A DNA stretch of 59,399 bases from a virus (lineage: Duplodnaviria; Caudoviricetes): IMG/VR virus record IMGVR_UViG_3300043399_001226, positions 1 through 59,399 of that record. One strand, given 5' to 3'. Numbering within the stretch: the stretch's first letter is position 1; every line of letters starts with the position of its first letter. The notes below the pieces were generated by a model. The model made no database searches. It was not told where the DNA came from and worked only from the letters and a program-made list of their open reading frames with translations. Shown here in pieces: positions 8,778 to 18,804 of the stretch. The translations under genes and the position numbers were made by a program.

Positions 8778-8945
8778 ATGAAACTATTTATAATAAACTT
8801 ATTACTATTTTGTATATTTACAACTATTAATATACTAGTAGTTACTTACAATATAGAGCAACATTCAGTACATCCAAAGTTCGGTATTTATCCACAAAAA
8901 GCTTTTGGATGTGCACCTTGGGATAGTTGTACTTGTAAAAAATGA
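8778..8945 (+). CDS. Small exported/membrane Cys-rich peptide (55 aa, not in ORF track)
   Basis: GAGGAG RBS; MKLFIINLLLFCIFTTINILVVTY...GCAPWDSCTCKK. Confidence 0.55.
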   Translation: MKLFIINLLLFCIFTTINILVVTYNIEQHSVHPKFGIYPQKAFGCAPWDSCTCKK

Positions 8946-8949
8946 TACC

Positions 8950-10080
8950 ATGAAAAAACAATCTCATTCTTTTTCTCATGTAGTGCCAGAAAAAGAAAAT
9001 ATACAAAGATTAAGTTTTGATAATAGATTGCCAGTAAATCCTTCTGAGCAAGCAGAAGAATTACAGCAAGAAATAAATTTAAATATACCTAAAAAAACTT
9101 GCAGTAAAAAATGGTTAATCCTTGGCAGTACAATACTTGGTACTGGTGTTGGTCTTGCCATGATGCCTATCTTTAATGAAGAAGTAGAGCATTTAGAAAA
9201 TTACGGGATTGATGTTCATGGTAATTCTACGTTTTTTACTATTTCAGCAATTAATACTTTAATTGTTGCTGGAGTTTCTACTGGTTTTTACTTTTATAAT
9301 TATATATTTAATTCTAAAAAAGAAGAAGAATCAGAACTTAACAAGATTCAAAAAGGTGCTTTGGCTTTATGTAAAGTTGGTGGTTTTGTAGGTTCTTTAA
9401 TCCCTGTTGGTATGTTGTGGAATATAGAACTAAACGATCAAAAAATAGAGGGAACGCATGGGTTTGATCAATTTATTGCTTGGGCAACATTTACATCCCT
9501 ACCTTTAATATTTTTTAAAACACTTAATAATTTTGAACAAGTCAGTAAATATATTATGGGTAAATCTGATAATACAGATTTACCTAATCTCGGTAGTAAA
9601 ATTACTGTTTATGGTCTATCTGGTATCTCACTAATAAGTAGGGGAATTAGTTTAACTTATATTTTTAATGAGTTTCAAAAACAATTAGGTGCTGATGAAA
9701 GTATCAGTTTACCAATTTCTATTATTACAGGTGGGGTCATAGGAAATATTACACTTGGATTGTCTGAGTATTCAAATTTAAAAAAGTTATTTAAAAATAA
9801 TATAGACGGAAGTAATTATAAACAATTACTCCTTGGAATATCATCAGCATTAGAAGGTGGATGGTTTTCTTTACCTTTAATAACGCAAGGCCTTGAAGCT
9901 ACAAAAGATTGGAACGCTCTTCTTAAAGGAGCTATTTTTGCTCCCTTTTTTCTATCCCATATGAACTCTGAAAGCTCGCATTTATATCATTCTATTTTGC
10001 CAGAGAATAACCATACCGAGCAACATGCAGACAATCAGTTAGCGTTAATGGGCGAAGAACAAGTAGTAGTTATTGAGTAA
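8950..10080 (+). CDS. Multi-pass membrane protein, unknown function
   Basis: Several Gly-rich hydrophobic segments; ATG at 8950 is more likely than the TTG at 8905. Confidence 0.7.
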   Translation: MKKQSHSFSHVVPEKENIQRLSFDNRLPVNPSEQAEELQQEINLNIPKKTCSKKWLILGSTILGTGVGLAMMPIFNEEVEHLENYGIDVHGNSTFFTISAINTLIVAGVSTGFYFYNYIFNSKKEEESELNKIQKGALALCKVGGFVGSLIPVGMLWNIELNDQKIEGTHGFDQFIAWATFTSLPLIFFKTLNNFEQVSKYIMGKSDNTDLPNLGSKITVYGLSGISLISRGISLTYIFNEFQKQLGADESISLPISIITGGVIGNITLGLSEYSNLKKLFKNNIDGSNYKQLLLGISSALEGGWFSLPLITQGLEATKDWNALLKGAIFAPFFLSHMNSESSHLYHSILPENNHTEQHADNQLALMGEEQVVVIE

Positions 10081-10154
10081 AAATATATGCCTGTTTTTTA
10101 GGCAACTACCGCATAACCCGATAAACTCAGTAAATTTATGCTTAATACACGAAG

Positions 10155-10556
10155 TTATTCAGAATTTTTGTGGATAAGGTCAGTGTTAAACAATTTACCT
10201 AATTCTTTACCGATAAGATCTCCTTCCATCATATCTTCTGCAAACATTCTTCCTTCATAGGCGAAATTCCAACCAGCTTGTTTATATAATCTAGGTTCTT
10301 CTTCTTTTGATAATTCGTAATATTCCTTAATATCTTCGTCAGTAACATTTATTATTGCTTTTAATACTATGGATTTTGCAAATCTTTCCTCTCCTATATA
10401 ACTTACAAGTAAAATCAGAGCGTCAATTTGATTCTGATCTAATCTCTCTCTTTGTGTTTCTGGTAAATATTTTTCTAATACTTCTTTTGTTTCAGATAAG
10501 TTTATATTTATTTTAAACCTTTCCTGTAATTCTTTTCCTTTTTCTCCTAAAAACAT
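10155..10556 (-). CDS. Degenerate GH24 lysozyme-like protein lacking the catalytic lobe
   Basis: LDQNQIDALILLVSYIGEERFAKSIVLKAIIN aligns with LTPNQFSALVCFVFNIGVDNFEKSTLLSCIN of the lysozyme at 56909. Confidence 0.55.
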   Translation of the reverse strand: MFLGEKGKELQERFKININLSETKEVLEKYLPETQRERLDQNQIDALILLVSYIGEERFAKSIVLKAIINVTDEDIKEYYELSKEEEPRLYKQAGWNFAYEGRMFAEDMMEGDLIGKELGKLFNTDLIHKNSE

Positions 10557-10580
10557 AATTCTACTCTTGTTTATTTTTAA

Positions 10581-11762
10581 TTAACTTTTAGTATAAAAAT
10601 AACTTAACAAAAAATTCTCGCCGTTGTATACAGCTCTAACTTCTATATTTTTCGGTAATATTTGCTTATACCTATTATTTATTGAGTCATAAGGATAGTA
10701 TAATAATACCCCCTGGCTTATACTTGCATCATCAACTCTAATTTTATATCCTGTTGTAGAACCTAACAAATTATAGTCTGTGTTAGGTATAAAACATACT
10801 TCCATATTCTTTTTTAGCTCAGTAACAGGAAGTCCATAACTTGTTTTTAAATAAATTACCGTGCTAATTGACGATTCTTCAACCTTATTTACATCAAAAA
10901 AGTTACTAGTTTTTATAGTGTTGTTAACGTGGTTACATAGATTAGCAACACTTATCTTTCTATCATTTGATTCCAAATAACCTCCTTGTGGACCTATTCG
11001 TCTTATAGGTAAAAGATCGCTGGAGGTAATTGTGTCGTAATAAACCTCTAATTGAGGTATAATGTTACTAGCTAATTGATAATATTTAATTTTTTTATTA
11101 TTACTCTCATCTTTTTTTCTAATTATTAATAAATCTCCTGCATCAACTATTGTTGAATCATCAAAAAAATTTAAACCTGTAAAAATGTCGGAAATAGAAC
11201 TTATAATAAAGTCTGTACCATTATATATCGTTCTAATTTCTAAATCTTTTTTAAGTTCTTTAGCAACTGATGAATCGTTATATAATAATATTCCTGAGTC
11301 TATACTTATATTGTCTACTCTAATTTTAAATTTCTTATCTGTTAGACGATCCTGATCAGAAATAAAACATATTTCCATATTCTTTTTTAATTCAGTAAGA
11401 GGAAGTCCATAACTTGTTTTTAAAGCAATTAATACACTCACACTAGAATCTGTAAAAGAAACTACGTCAAAAACGTTGCTTGTCTTTATAGTGTCGTTAA
11501 CGCTAGAATATAAGTTTTTGAATTGTACTTTTACTTCCTCTGGACTATAGACATCAGAACTATTAATCCTGCGCATAATAAATGCGTCTGTTGCATTAAT
11601 AGGGTTATAGTCATAGGTTAATTGAGGAAGAATATTTTTAACCAACTTAGAATATCTAATTTTACCATCGCTGTTACTGCCACTTCTTCTAATTAAAAAT
11701 AAGTCATTTGTGTTTGGACTTTCTTCTAGTGATTCTAAGTTAGGTAACTGAATTTTACTCAT
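10581..11762 (-). CDS. Putative tail fibre/receptor-binding protein with an internal duplication
   Basis: Follows the baseplate wedge genes; two ~191-aa repeats. Confidence 0.55.
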   Translation of the reverse strand: MSKIQLPNLESLEESPNTNDLFLIRRSGSNSDGKIRYSKLVKNILPQLTYDYNPINATDAFIMRRINSSDVYSPEEVKVQFKNLYSSVNDTIKTSNVFDVVSFTDSSVSVLIALKTSYGLPLTELKKNMEICFISDQDRLTDKKFKIRVDNISIDSGILLYNDSSVAKELKKDLEIRTIYNGTDFIISSISDIFTGLNFFDDSTIVDAGDLLIIRKKDESNNKKIKYYQLASNIIPQLEVYYDTITSSDLLPIRRIGPQGGYLESNDRKISVANLCNHVNNTIKTSNFFDVNKVEESSISTVIYLKTSYGLPVTELKKNMEVCFIPNTDYNLLGSTTGYKIRVDDASISQGVLLYYPYDSINNRYKQILPKNIEVRAVYNGENFLLSYFYTKS

Positions 11763-11763
11763 T

Positions 11764-12549
11764 TTAATTGCTCCATAATATTAAGACGAATTCCCATTTT
11801 ATACCGATTTTAATAGCTAATTCATCCGTGCCGACACCGTAAATATCTTCTTGTGCAGTTGCAGGATTTGGTAAACTATTTCGATTACTTACCTTTGGAA
11901 ACTTCTTGTTGTAATACATATCGTAATTTATGTATGCACCGTGCTTTAATGTAACTGCCAATGTGTCACCGTTTACATTAACTTGGAGCATATTTTGGGA
12001 TTTCTTATCGACAGTATAATCATAAATCTCACTATATGTTTCGTCGAAAATATTAAGTTGATTCAGTCTAATAACTATAATCCCAAAAGCGACACCTACG
12101 GGTTTTGTTGTTAAAATTATTTCTTTCATAATTTTGATTGTATCAATTCCAATATCGGTTCTAACTTCAATAAAAAAATAACTATAACTAGTTTCTATAA
12201 GACGTATTTGGCTAATATCCTTTACAAAAAATAATACCAGGTTAATAATATCTTCGGGAGTACCACAAGAGTTATTTTGCATAATCTTTCTTAAGATGCC
12301 AAATCGATATTCTGCGTCCATTCTAGACTTTCTTGCTTCGTTTACTATCTCTCCAATTATATCTAGAGTTTTTCCTTCAGCTGTAAATACTCCCATCCGA
12401 TCAAACAAGTAGAATAAAGCATCTTCTATTTCTTGCAGTTTTATTGTCAGAGCAGATAGTAATTTGACGAAATTATAACTTTCTTTATCCTGTTGTACTA
12501 ATCTGCTATTTGCTAGTTCAACATGATTTTTTATATATTGTAAACTCAT
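11764..12549 (-). CDS. Baseplate wedge protein (DUF2612/gp48-like)
   Basis: TAEGKTLDIIGEIV..R...DAEYR...GTPEDI, KPVGV; follows baseplate J. Confidence 0.75.
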   Translation of the reverse strand: MSLQYIKNHVELANSRLVQQDKESYNFVKLLSALTIKLQEIEDALFYLFDRMGVFTAEGKTLDIIGEIVNEARKSRMDAEYRFGILRKIMQNNSCGTPEDIINLVLFFVKDISQIRLIETSYSYFFIEVRTDIGIDTIKIMKEIILTTKPVGVAFGIIVIRLNQLNIFDETYSEIYDYTVDKKSQNMLQVNVNGDTLAVTLKHGAYINYDMYYNKKFPKVSNRNSLPNPATAQEDIYGVGTDELAIKIGIKWEFVLILWSN

Positions 12550-13982
12550 GAAGTAGTTACTTTTATTTTTGATATATCACTAACAATAATCTCATGGCTA
12601 TCTATAGTAATGTTTGCTGCAGTTTTTGTAACAATTGTTGCATCTGGATCATCACTTTTTCCAAGTAGTATGGAGGCAGTTAATATCCCGCTTTGTTTAT
12701 AAATAATACCAAAGAATGTCTGATAAATTAAAGGCTCACCAAGCGTTAATGATAAGATTTCATTTATAATCTCTAACGTTATTATATCAATTGAAGCTAT
12801 AGTAAAGGTGCTATCTGTTGTAAGAATAATATCGATAAAAGCATATATATTTTTAGCTCTATTAAACTTTACTATCTGAGGTTTGTTGGTCGTATCAGTA
12901 ATAGTGAATGGTACCTCACCTACAGAAGCAATACCTATAGGCTTATACATCCATATCGTCTTTGCGATGTCTTCATCACTTCCTCCGTTAACTGTTACTA
13001 AAAAACTATGAGGAGTAAGTATCCCTTGAGTTTGGTCAGTGATATTTTCTTCGACTAATACAGCACTAACGTCCTTAAGGTTTAAAAGTTTTGCTTCAAG
13101 TGATTTCAGTGTACCTCGTCCAGGTAAAGATAATGATATCTTTCTTCGCTCTCGCAAGTCATAATCAGTTTCATCATCTCTACCAGTAACTCCAGCGGCA
13201 TTATTATTAATTGATATCCACCCTGGAACTAGAGTCTTGATTTTATTCAAACTATAAGGAGGAATAGGAATACTACCTTTTGTTTCTGATATAAACTTAC
13301 CGTTAGTAGTAGTATTTATGATGGTTATTCCGCTACTTACATAAGTTGCAAGGCTAGTCACATAAGATGTAGATTTTATATTTAAGTTGCTATCCGTAAC
13401 ATCAACCGTCAGAATTTCTTTTAAAATCGAGTTCTGATCTATTAAAGCTTTTAAAGCGGTTGCTATAGTAACCGTTGTATCTTGCAGTTTCTTTGTATAA
13501 GACAATACTACGGCGTTAATTGTTAAACTATACTCTGACATAGTAGTATCTGTTACACTTAAAAATATACCGACACATGATTCGTTGCTGACAACAATCT
13601 CAGTAGATAGTAAAAAGTTATTGTCCTTATTTTCTATATAAGCAATACTTCCTTCTGGGATAGTAGTATAGTTCTCAGCTGTGATTTGAGCAGTAACATA
13701 ACTATAATTACCTTCAAGGCGCTTTAATCCAATAAATCCTACTTGGTTATCTAAACTAACCCCAGTAGCAGCTGATGGAGACATGCTATCGTATAAGGAG
13801 CTAACAGCTTGCCAAATTAAAGCTTCTCGTTCTGCAAAAATATTAACAATATTTGAGATAACAGTATTATCATCAAAATTAAGCGACCCTAAATTAGATA
13901 TAAGTTCTTCTTGCAGTTCTTTTGTTATTACCTCAAAAGGTTTAGGAGCAAACCCTTGAGACGTTAATCCATAATCGCTCAT
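12546..13982 (-). CDS. Baseplate J/gp47-family protein
   Basis: SATGVSLD, GRDDETDYDLRER, PHSF..TVNGGSDEDIAKTIW..KPIGI. Confidence 0.9.
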   Translation of the reverse strand: MSDYGLTSQGFAPKPFEVITKELQEELISNLGSLNFDDNTVISNIVNIFAEREALIWQAVSSLYDSMSPSAATGVSLDNQVGFIGLKRLEGNYSYVTAQITAENYTTIPEGSIAYIENKDNNFLLSTEIVVSNESCVGIFLSVTDTTMSEYSLTINAVVLSYTKKLQDTTVTIATALKALIDQNSILKEILTVDVTDSNLNIKSTSYVTSLATYVSSGITIINTTTNGKFISETKGSIPIPPYSLNKIKTLVPGWISINNNAAGVTGRDDETDYDLRERRKISLSLPGRGTLKSLEAKLLNLKDVSAVLVEENITDQTQGILTPHSFLVTVNGGSDEDIAKTIWMYKPIGIASVGEVPFTITDTTNKPQIVKFNRAKNIYAFIDIILTTDSTFTIASIDIITLEIINEILSLTLGEPLIYQTFFGIIYKQSGILTASILLGKSDDPDATIVTKTAANITIDSHEIIVSDISKIKVTTS

Positions 13983-14335
13983 ATAGTAATATCTATATCG
14001 TTGTCTAAAGTGTCTTTTATACTCATATTAATTGTAAGCGTTCTGTTTGGATTATCAAAAGCTATATTAAACTCTTTGACATCAGCTACGCCTTTTACTT
14101 CTCTTATAGCATTTATAAAAATAGCCTGAATCGTATCAATGGAATTTTTAGTACCTAGAATATCATTATAATAAGGCATCCCAAGGTCGCTATCAAGGAA
14201 ATACTCCCCTTTAAATAATAGCAAAGCCCTTTTTACCCTTTGGGCTACAACGCTTGTTTCATCAGTTAGTTTTAAGTCAAAATCAATAATTGCTAAATCA
14301 TGACCGCCTGTTAGTAATATATCGTGTTTCATCAT
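13979..14335 (-). CDS. Baseplate/sheath initiator (gp46/gpW-like)
   Basis: VAQRVKRALLLFKGEYFLDSDLGMPY. Confidence 0.8.
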   Translation of the reverse strand: MMKHDILLTGGHDLAIIDFDLKLTDETSVVAQRVKRALLLFKGEYFLDSDLGMPYYNDILGTKNSIDTIQAIFINAIREVKGVADVKEFNIAFDNPNRTLTINMSIKDTLDNDIDITI

Positions 14336-15186
14336 TTTGCAGTTCCTGTTGGTACTGGATTTGGTGCTGGTTCAAGAGCTGGTATATAATCGTGAGTATG
14401 CAGGCTCAAATCTATACCGCTTTTTGTCTTTACGGTATTACCTGTTAAGACTGCAGAGCAAGTAGCATTACCTTTTAATTCTGAAGTTCCAGTTATTTCA
14501 ATATTTCCATCAATTTTCATATTACCTTTTTGAGTAAAAGTAGGAGTTTCTGTGTTGATAGTTCCGCTTGCTTTAATACTGGCATTTTTTGTTTCTATAT
14601 TAGCACTTTCACTGGCCTTAATGCTAGCAACTTTGCACTCGATATTTGTAGCTTCTGTTGTTTTTATATTAGCATTCTTACAGTTAATTATAACATTTTC
14701 AGTCTTGATATTCACCTCTTTAGCATTATGAATGTCAATTATTCCGCCTGGTTTTAGCCTAATCTTTGAATCTGAAAACTGAAGTAGCACGTCCTCGTTA
14801 TTCTCGGCGGCCGAGACTTTGCTAAAAGGATTAAGCCCGATAATTGCCACTGCATCGCTTAAATGATGAACTCGCCTGCTTTGTGGTACTCCTCCAGATG
14901 AACCAAGTAACCAGCTTCTTGCATCTCTATCTAAAAACACAATCAGACATCCATCACCTACTTTTACTGGCATTGTTATTGATGCTCCTCCGCTTCTTGG
15001 AAAGATAACTGGTACTCCTGAAATCATAGGATAATCGCTATAACTTCCGTCAAAATATAATTCCTTAATATCAATTTGCACATCTGCTGCTTGCGTCTTA
15101 AAATCATATTTTTTGATGATAGCAGGCATTGCTACACGTAAATTAGCAGCTATCTTTTTTTGCAATGCTTCTATAATCTCGCTCAT
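14332..15186 (-). CDS. Baseplate spike (Gp138/gpV-like)
   Basis: VPVIFPRSGG..ITMPVKVGDGCLIVF.DR, HHLSDAVAI, beta-helix repeats, C-terminal HTH metal-binding tip. Confidence 0.85.
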   Translation of the reverse strand: MSEIIEALQKKIAANLRVAMPAIIKKYDFKTQAADVQIDIKELYFDGSYSDYPMISGVPVIFPRSGGASITMPVKVGDGCLIVFLDRDARSWLLGSSGGVPQSRRVHHLSDAVAIIGLNPFSKVSAAENNEDVLLQFSDSKIRLKPGGIIDIHNAKEVNIKTENVIINCKNANIKTTEATNIECKVASIKASESANIETKNASIKASGTINTETPTFTQKGNMKIDGNIEITGTSELKGNATCSAVLTGNTVKTKSGIDLSLHTHDYIPALEPAPNPVPTGTAK

Positions 15187-16034
15187 AAGCCGTAAATCTC
15201 CAGACTGGAATACCAGTCATTTCCTCGTATGTCGCCATTGTGGGTTATTTTTTGTACTTCAAATAATCCATTTATATCCTGACTTTGTAGGCGTATTACA
15301 TCGTGAATCTGTAATTTAGGTTGTAGTAAACATTGCACTGATCTGGATTTTTTGCTCATTTTTGTTATTTCTGACTTCTCTAGTTTTTTTGAGACTTTCT
15401 TTACTGATTCAGGATGTAGGATTAATCCTGTTTCAGGTGAAAGTAACAATACTTCTCTTTTGGTAGATGATTTATCACCTTTAATAAAGATAATGCCGTT
15501 CTGCATTGACCAACTAAAATTAAAATTTACTGCCAAGTTATTCATAACATAATCAAGAGAGCCGACGTCGCTATAACCAGTTGTTATTACTTTATTTTCG
15601 TCAATGTCTATGGTTTTAAATTGCTTCCCAGTCTGTTTTGTAATCTCTTGCAGAATTGTAGAGAGTTTTAAATTGGTATCATAGCCGTAGCCAAAGCTTA
15701 CTGGTTTAGTTCTGGTAGTTCTTATACCTTCTGCCAAGTACATTTCAGTTACTACTTCCGTTTTATCTCTATTATGTTTTATCTTTGAAATATCCCCCTG
15801 TCCTATTTCAATTAATCCCTCATTTTTGGAATATCCTGCTAATATCCTACATATTGATTCTTCTTCCGTAATCATTCTCCTAGTATCTGGAGCAAGATTA
15901 TAAATCTCAATTTTTGCCATGTTTTCTTTAGGTTTGGCGGATTTAATAATTTCAAACTTGATCTTGCAGTTTTCAATCGTAATACGTGCCTTATTTTCTA
16001 TTATGATTTTACAAACTCTATCGAAGTAAAACAC
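15183..16034 (-). CDS. Baseplate hub protein
   Basis: AKIEIYNL, LAGY, WSMQNG, LSPETGLI, HNGDIRGNDWYS. Confidence 0.8.
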   Translation of the reverse strand: MFYFDRVCKIIIENKARITIENCKIKFEIIKSAKPKENMAKIEIYNLAPDTRRMITEEESICRILAGYSKNEGLIEIGQGDISKIKHNRDKTEVVTEMYLAEGIRTTRTKPVSFGYGYDTNLKLSTILQEITKQTGKQFKTIDIDENKVITTGYSDVGSLDYVMNNLAVNFNFSWSMQNGIIFIKGDKSSTKREVLLLSPETGLILHPESVKKVSKKLEKSEITKMSKKSRSVQCLLQPKLQIHDVIRLQSQDINGLFEVQKITHNGDIRGNDWYSSLEIYGL

Positions 16035-16039
16035 GGGAA

Positions 16040-16399
16040 TTAACTTTTCAAATTATTAATATCTTCAGGCGTTAGATGGACAAGTTTTACACTTCCACTT
16101 ACCATATTATCATAATTAATTTCCTTGATTATATCTTCATCAGTGATAGGAATTAGCATGCAATCAGGTTTGTTTGCCAAGTAACAGTATTCTAGCACGT
16201 CAAACCCTAGCACCAGCTTTTTATGTTGTACAAGTAACGTATCATCTTCTGTTCTGATGCTTACATACCAGCTATCACTCCGCAGATGGTAGTATGCCTC
16301 TAGTGTATAATATTTTTCAGTAACCCCAAGTACTACCTGCGTTTTAAAGCAATAACCTGCAAACCATTGTATATAATTTAATGAGTTGATTTTTGGCAT
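16040..16399 (-). CDS. Baseplate plug-like protein
   Basis: Position in the baseplate cluster and W..SI...KLVLG pattern. Confidence 0.55.
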   Translation of the reverse strand: MPKINSLNYIQWFAGYCFKTQVVLGVTEKYYTLEAYYHLRSDSWYVSIRTEDDTLLVQHKKLVLGFDVLEYCYLANKPDCMLIPITDEDIIKEINYDNMVSGSVKLVHLTPEDINNLKS

Positions 16400-16412
16400 T
16401 ATTTTACGATAC

Positions 16413-17081
16413 TTAAAAAAAACTTTTTACTTTATCAACGAAACTTGCTGCAACACTAGTACCTTTTTCAGATATACCCTTATCCTGCATAGGACTTGCA
16501 ATAGCACTTACATTTGCATCTTTATAGCTGGTATAAAAAGACTTTCTAACGGTAGCAAACCTTACCTGTACTAGTTCTGCTGAAAATTCTAACCTCTGGC
16601 CAGTATTGACATCATTATTAAAACTAATACTCTCAATAGCCATATCCTTAAAAACATTAAGCTTAGTTACAACATTAAGCAGCGCTCGATTTTCATATAA
16701 ACTGGTTAATAACTGATAAGCCTGCACGCTGGGTTTGGCGGATTTTTGAAAAGGTAAAAACGAATTAATACTATTTATAATCTTATCAACAGAGTTATTC
16801 TGTAGCGGAGTCTCAAGGATACCGAATATTTTAATCGGACTATCTGTAATATACCCTTCTATTTTTACTTTAAGAGGATTTTTAAAAATATGATCACTTA
16901 TAGCTTCCTTAGTCTCAATAGGATGCTCGGTAATGGTAGAACTTAAAGTAATTACTTCGGTTAAGCAGCTATCCAATACTAAATCACCGATCTTTGTCTT
17001 GTTATTATTACCAAAAAATAATGATTCGGCAGTTCCAAGAAGATTAGATGCTCTAAATAAAGATGTAATAATTGATGCCAT
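16413..17081 (-). CDS. Tail tube initiator/Dit-like baseplate protein
   Basis: ITEHPIE....ISDHI..NP motif; immediately after the tape measure gene. Confidence 0.7.
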   Translation of the reverse strand: MASIITSLFRASNLLGTAESLFFGNNNKTKIGDLVLDSCLTEVITLSSTITEHPIETKEAISDHIFKNPLKVKIEGYITDSPIKIFGILETPLQNNSVDKIINSINSFLPFQKSAKPSVQAYQLLTSLYENRALLNVVTKLNVFKDMAIESISFNNDVNTGQRLEFSAELVQVRFATVRKSFYTSYKDANVSAIASPMQDKGISEKGTSVAASFVDKVKSFF

Positions 17082-18554
17082 CTATTGGTACGCTCCAATT
17101 GCTGCGAGTAGCTTTTCCGTTTCAAATTCCTGATGTTTTTCAAGTTCTCTTTTTACTAGATCAGTTATTACTTTGGCTTGCTCTTGCGATGTACCTACTG
17201 GAACAGTTATATTCATATTAAACGAGTTTTTCTGCGTTATGTTATTATGATTGTTTTTTTGATTGGTACTATGCATTATACTAGGGGAAGTAGCTAGCTC
17301 CTCGGGAGAATAAGACGGCATACTAAAGACTTTTGCCGATTTAGGAATATACCCCGCTGGCAAGTCCATGCTTTTGATTCTTTTTTCAATATCAAAGAAG
17401 TCCTTTATATTATCCTTAAGTTCTACACCGAGTTTCCAAGTTTTATTTGGAAGAGATAACAGGCCATCTTTTGCTTTTATTATCCATTCCCACATAAACT
17501 TGAGTGCCTCTACTACTTCATTAATTCGATCTTTACAAAACTCCCAAGCATCGCTTTTTAAAAATCTGTTAATTAAACTATCACCACCTTTAATGGTAAC
17601 ATAAATCTCATCTACAAGCAGAACTAGTACTGCAATAATAGCGGTAATAATTGCTGTTATGGGATTACTTAACATTGCTACAGTAAACGCTCTAAAAGCA
17701 ATTACTGCTGCCCAGATACTACTTGCAACTCCTGCAAACCAAACAGCTATTCCAATTCCAATAACAGCAGTAATTAAGTATTTCCATCCGACAGTAGCCG
17801 ATATAAGCATATCAAATATACCGATGATACGACTGATTATTGGAACAAGTAGTTTAAATACGTCTGTGGCAGTTTCTATAGCTCCTTTAAGTTTACCTTG
17901 TATTAAATCCTTATTTATAACCATCCATCGCTTAAAGGATACCACTACTTCATTAACAGCAGGTAACATATCGATTACAAAAGAATTACGTAAGTTCCTG
18001 CTAATAGCAGCAGTAGTCTTAAGGCTTGCATTAAATTTATCAACTTCAGCAATTTGCCTTGGAGAAAAAGTAGAGCCGTTTTCATTCTCTCCTTTCTTAT
18101 AACTATCAACATCTTTTAGAGTAGACCGAATAGCTAAACCAAAACCTCCTGTGATAGCTGCTCCAGCTAGTGCTACCCTGCGGGAAGCGGTAATTATACC
18201 TGACCTCCAGCTTGCAAAGCGATTTCTAGCCTCTAGCCTCTGCTCTTCTCTTAGCTGCTGTTGCTTTTCTAGATGTTTTTGTCTTTCTTCTCTTCTTGCT
18301 TCATTTATTGCCTGCTTTTCCAGCTTGTTAAGCTCAAGAATCTCGTTTCTTTCTTCTTTAGAGAGATTTGCTAACTCCTCTCTATAGGCTTTCATTTGCG
18401 CAAATTTGATATCTGATACACCGAGCCGTTCTGCTACGTTCTCCCTTAAACCGGTCATCTTGTTTTTGGCATCATCTACAACCTGCGAGAACTTATTTAA
18501 TTTACTCTCGTCAATGTCAAAACCCAGTTTTATCAGTAATTCTCTAGCTATCAT
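17082..18554 (-). CDS. Tape measure protein (short, 490 aa)
   Basis: MIARELLIKLGFDID start, coiled-coil, central hydrophobic LSNPITAII segment, position after the chaperone. Confidence 0.8.
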   Translation of the reverse strand: MIARELLIKLGFDIDESKLNKFSQVVDDAKNKMTGLRENVAERLGVSDIKFAQMKAYREELANLSKEERNEILELNKLEKQAINEARREERQKHLEKQQQLREEQRLEARNRFASWRSGIITASRRVALAGAAITGGFGLAIRSTLKDVDSYKKGENENGSTFSPRQIAEVDKFNASLKTTAAISRNLRNSFVIDMLPAVNEVVVSFKRWMVINKDLIQGKLKGAIETATDVFKLLVPIISRIIGIFDMLISATVGWKYLITAVIGIGIAVWFAGVASSIWAAVIAFRAFTVAMLSNPITAIITAIIAVLVLLVDEIYVTIKGGDSLINRFLKSDAWEFCKDRINEVVEALKFMWEWIIKAKDGLLSLPNKTWKLGVELKDNIKDFFDIEKRIKSMDLPAGYIPKSAKVFSMPSYSPEELATSPSIMHSTNQKNNHNNITQKNSFNMNITVPVGTSQEQAKVITDLVKRELEKHQEFETEKLLAAIGAYQ

Positions 18555-18804
18555 TTTTGTATTTTTTTGTATGCTTCAGCTTCGACGTAAGCCTTCATGT
18601 CAAGAAGGGCATTTGCTTTCATGACATCGTCAAGAGACATTAAGCTACACACTTCTGTATAGGTTACTAACCCCTCTAAGATCGGTCGCCAAATGATTAA
18701 TTCTTCTGCTAAATCTTGATCTAATCGCTCAAAGAAGTTGGAGCTTGAACATCCGCTGTTATTTCCGCTTCTTTGCTTATCTGTTCGCTGGTATCTTTTT
18801 TTTT
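18551..18804 (-). CDS. Tail assembly chaperone -1 frameshift extension (G-T type)
   Basis: The -1 frame opens exactly at the A9 run (18804-18796), reads ...IIWRPILEGLVTYTEVCSLMSLDDVMKANALLD... and ends overlapping the tape measure ATG. Confidence 0.8.

Noticed and set aside
10104-10134. Second dif-like site (AACTACCGCATAA...; also TTATGTTAAT near 5691)
   Set aside because: Only one arm resembles the consensus in each case
10581-11762. Diversity-generating retroelement TR/VR pair
   Set aside because: No reverse transcriptase gene seen, and the repeat is an in-frame domain duplication
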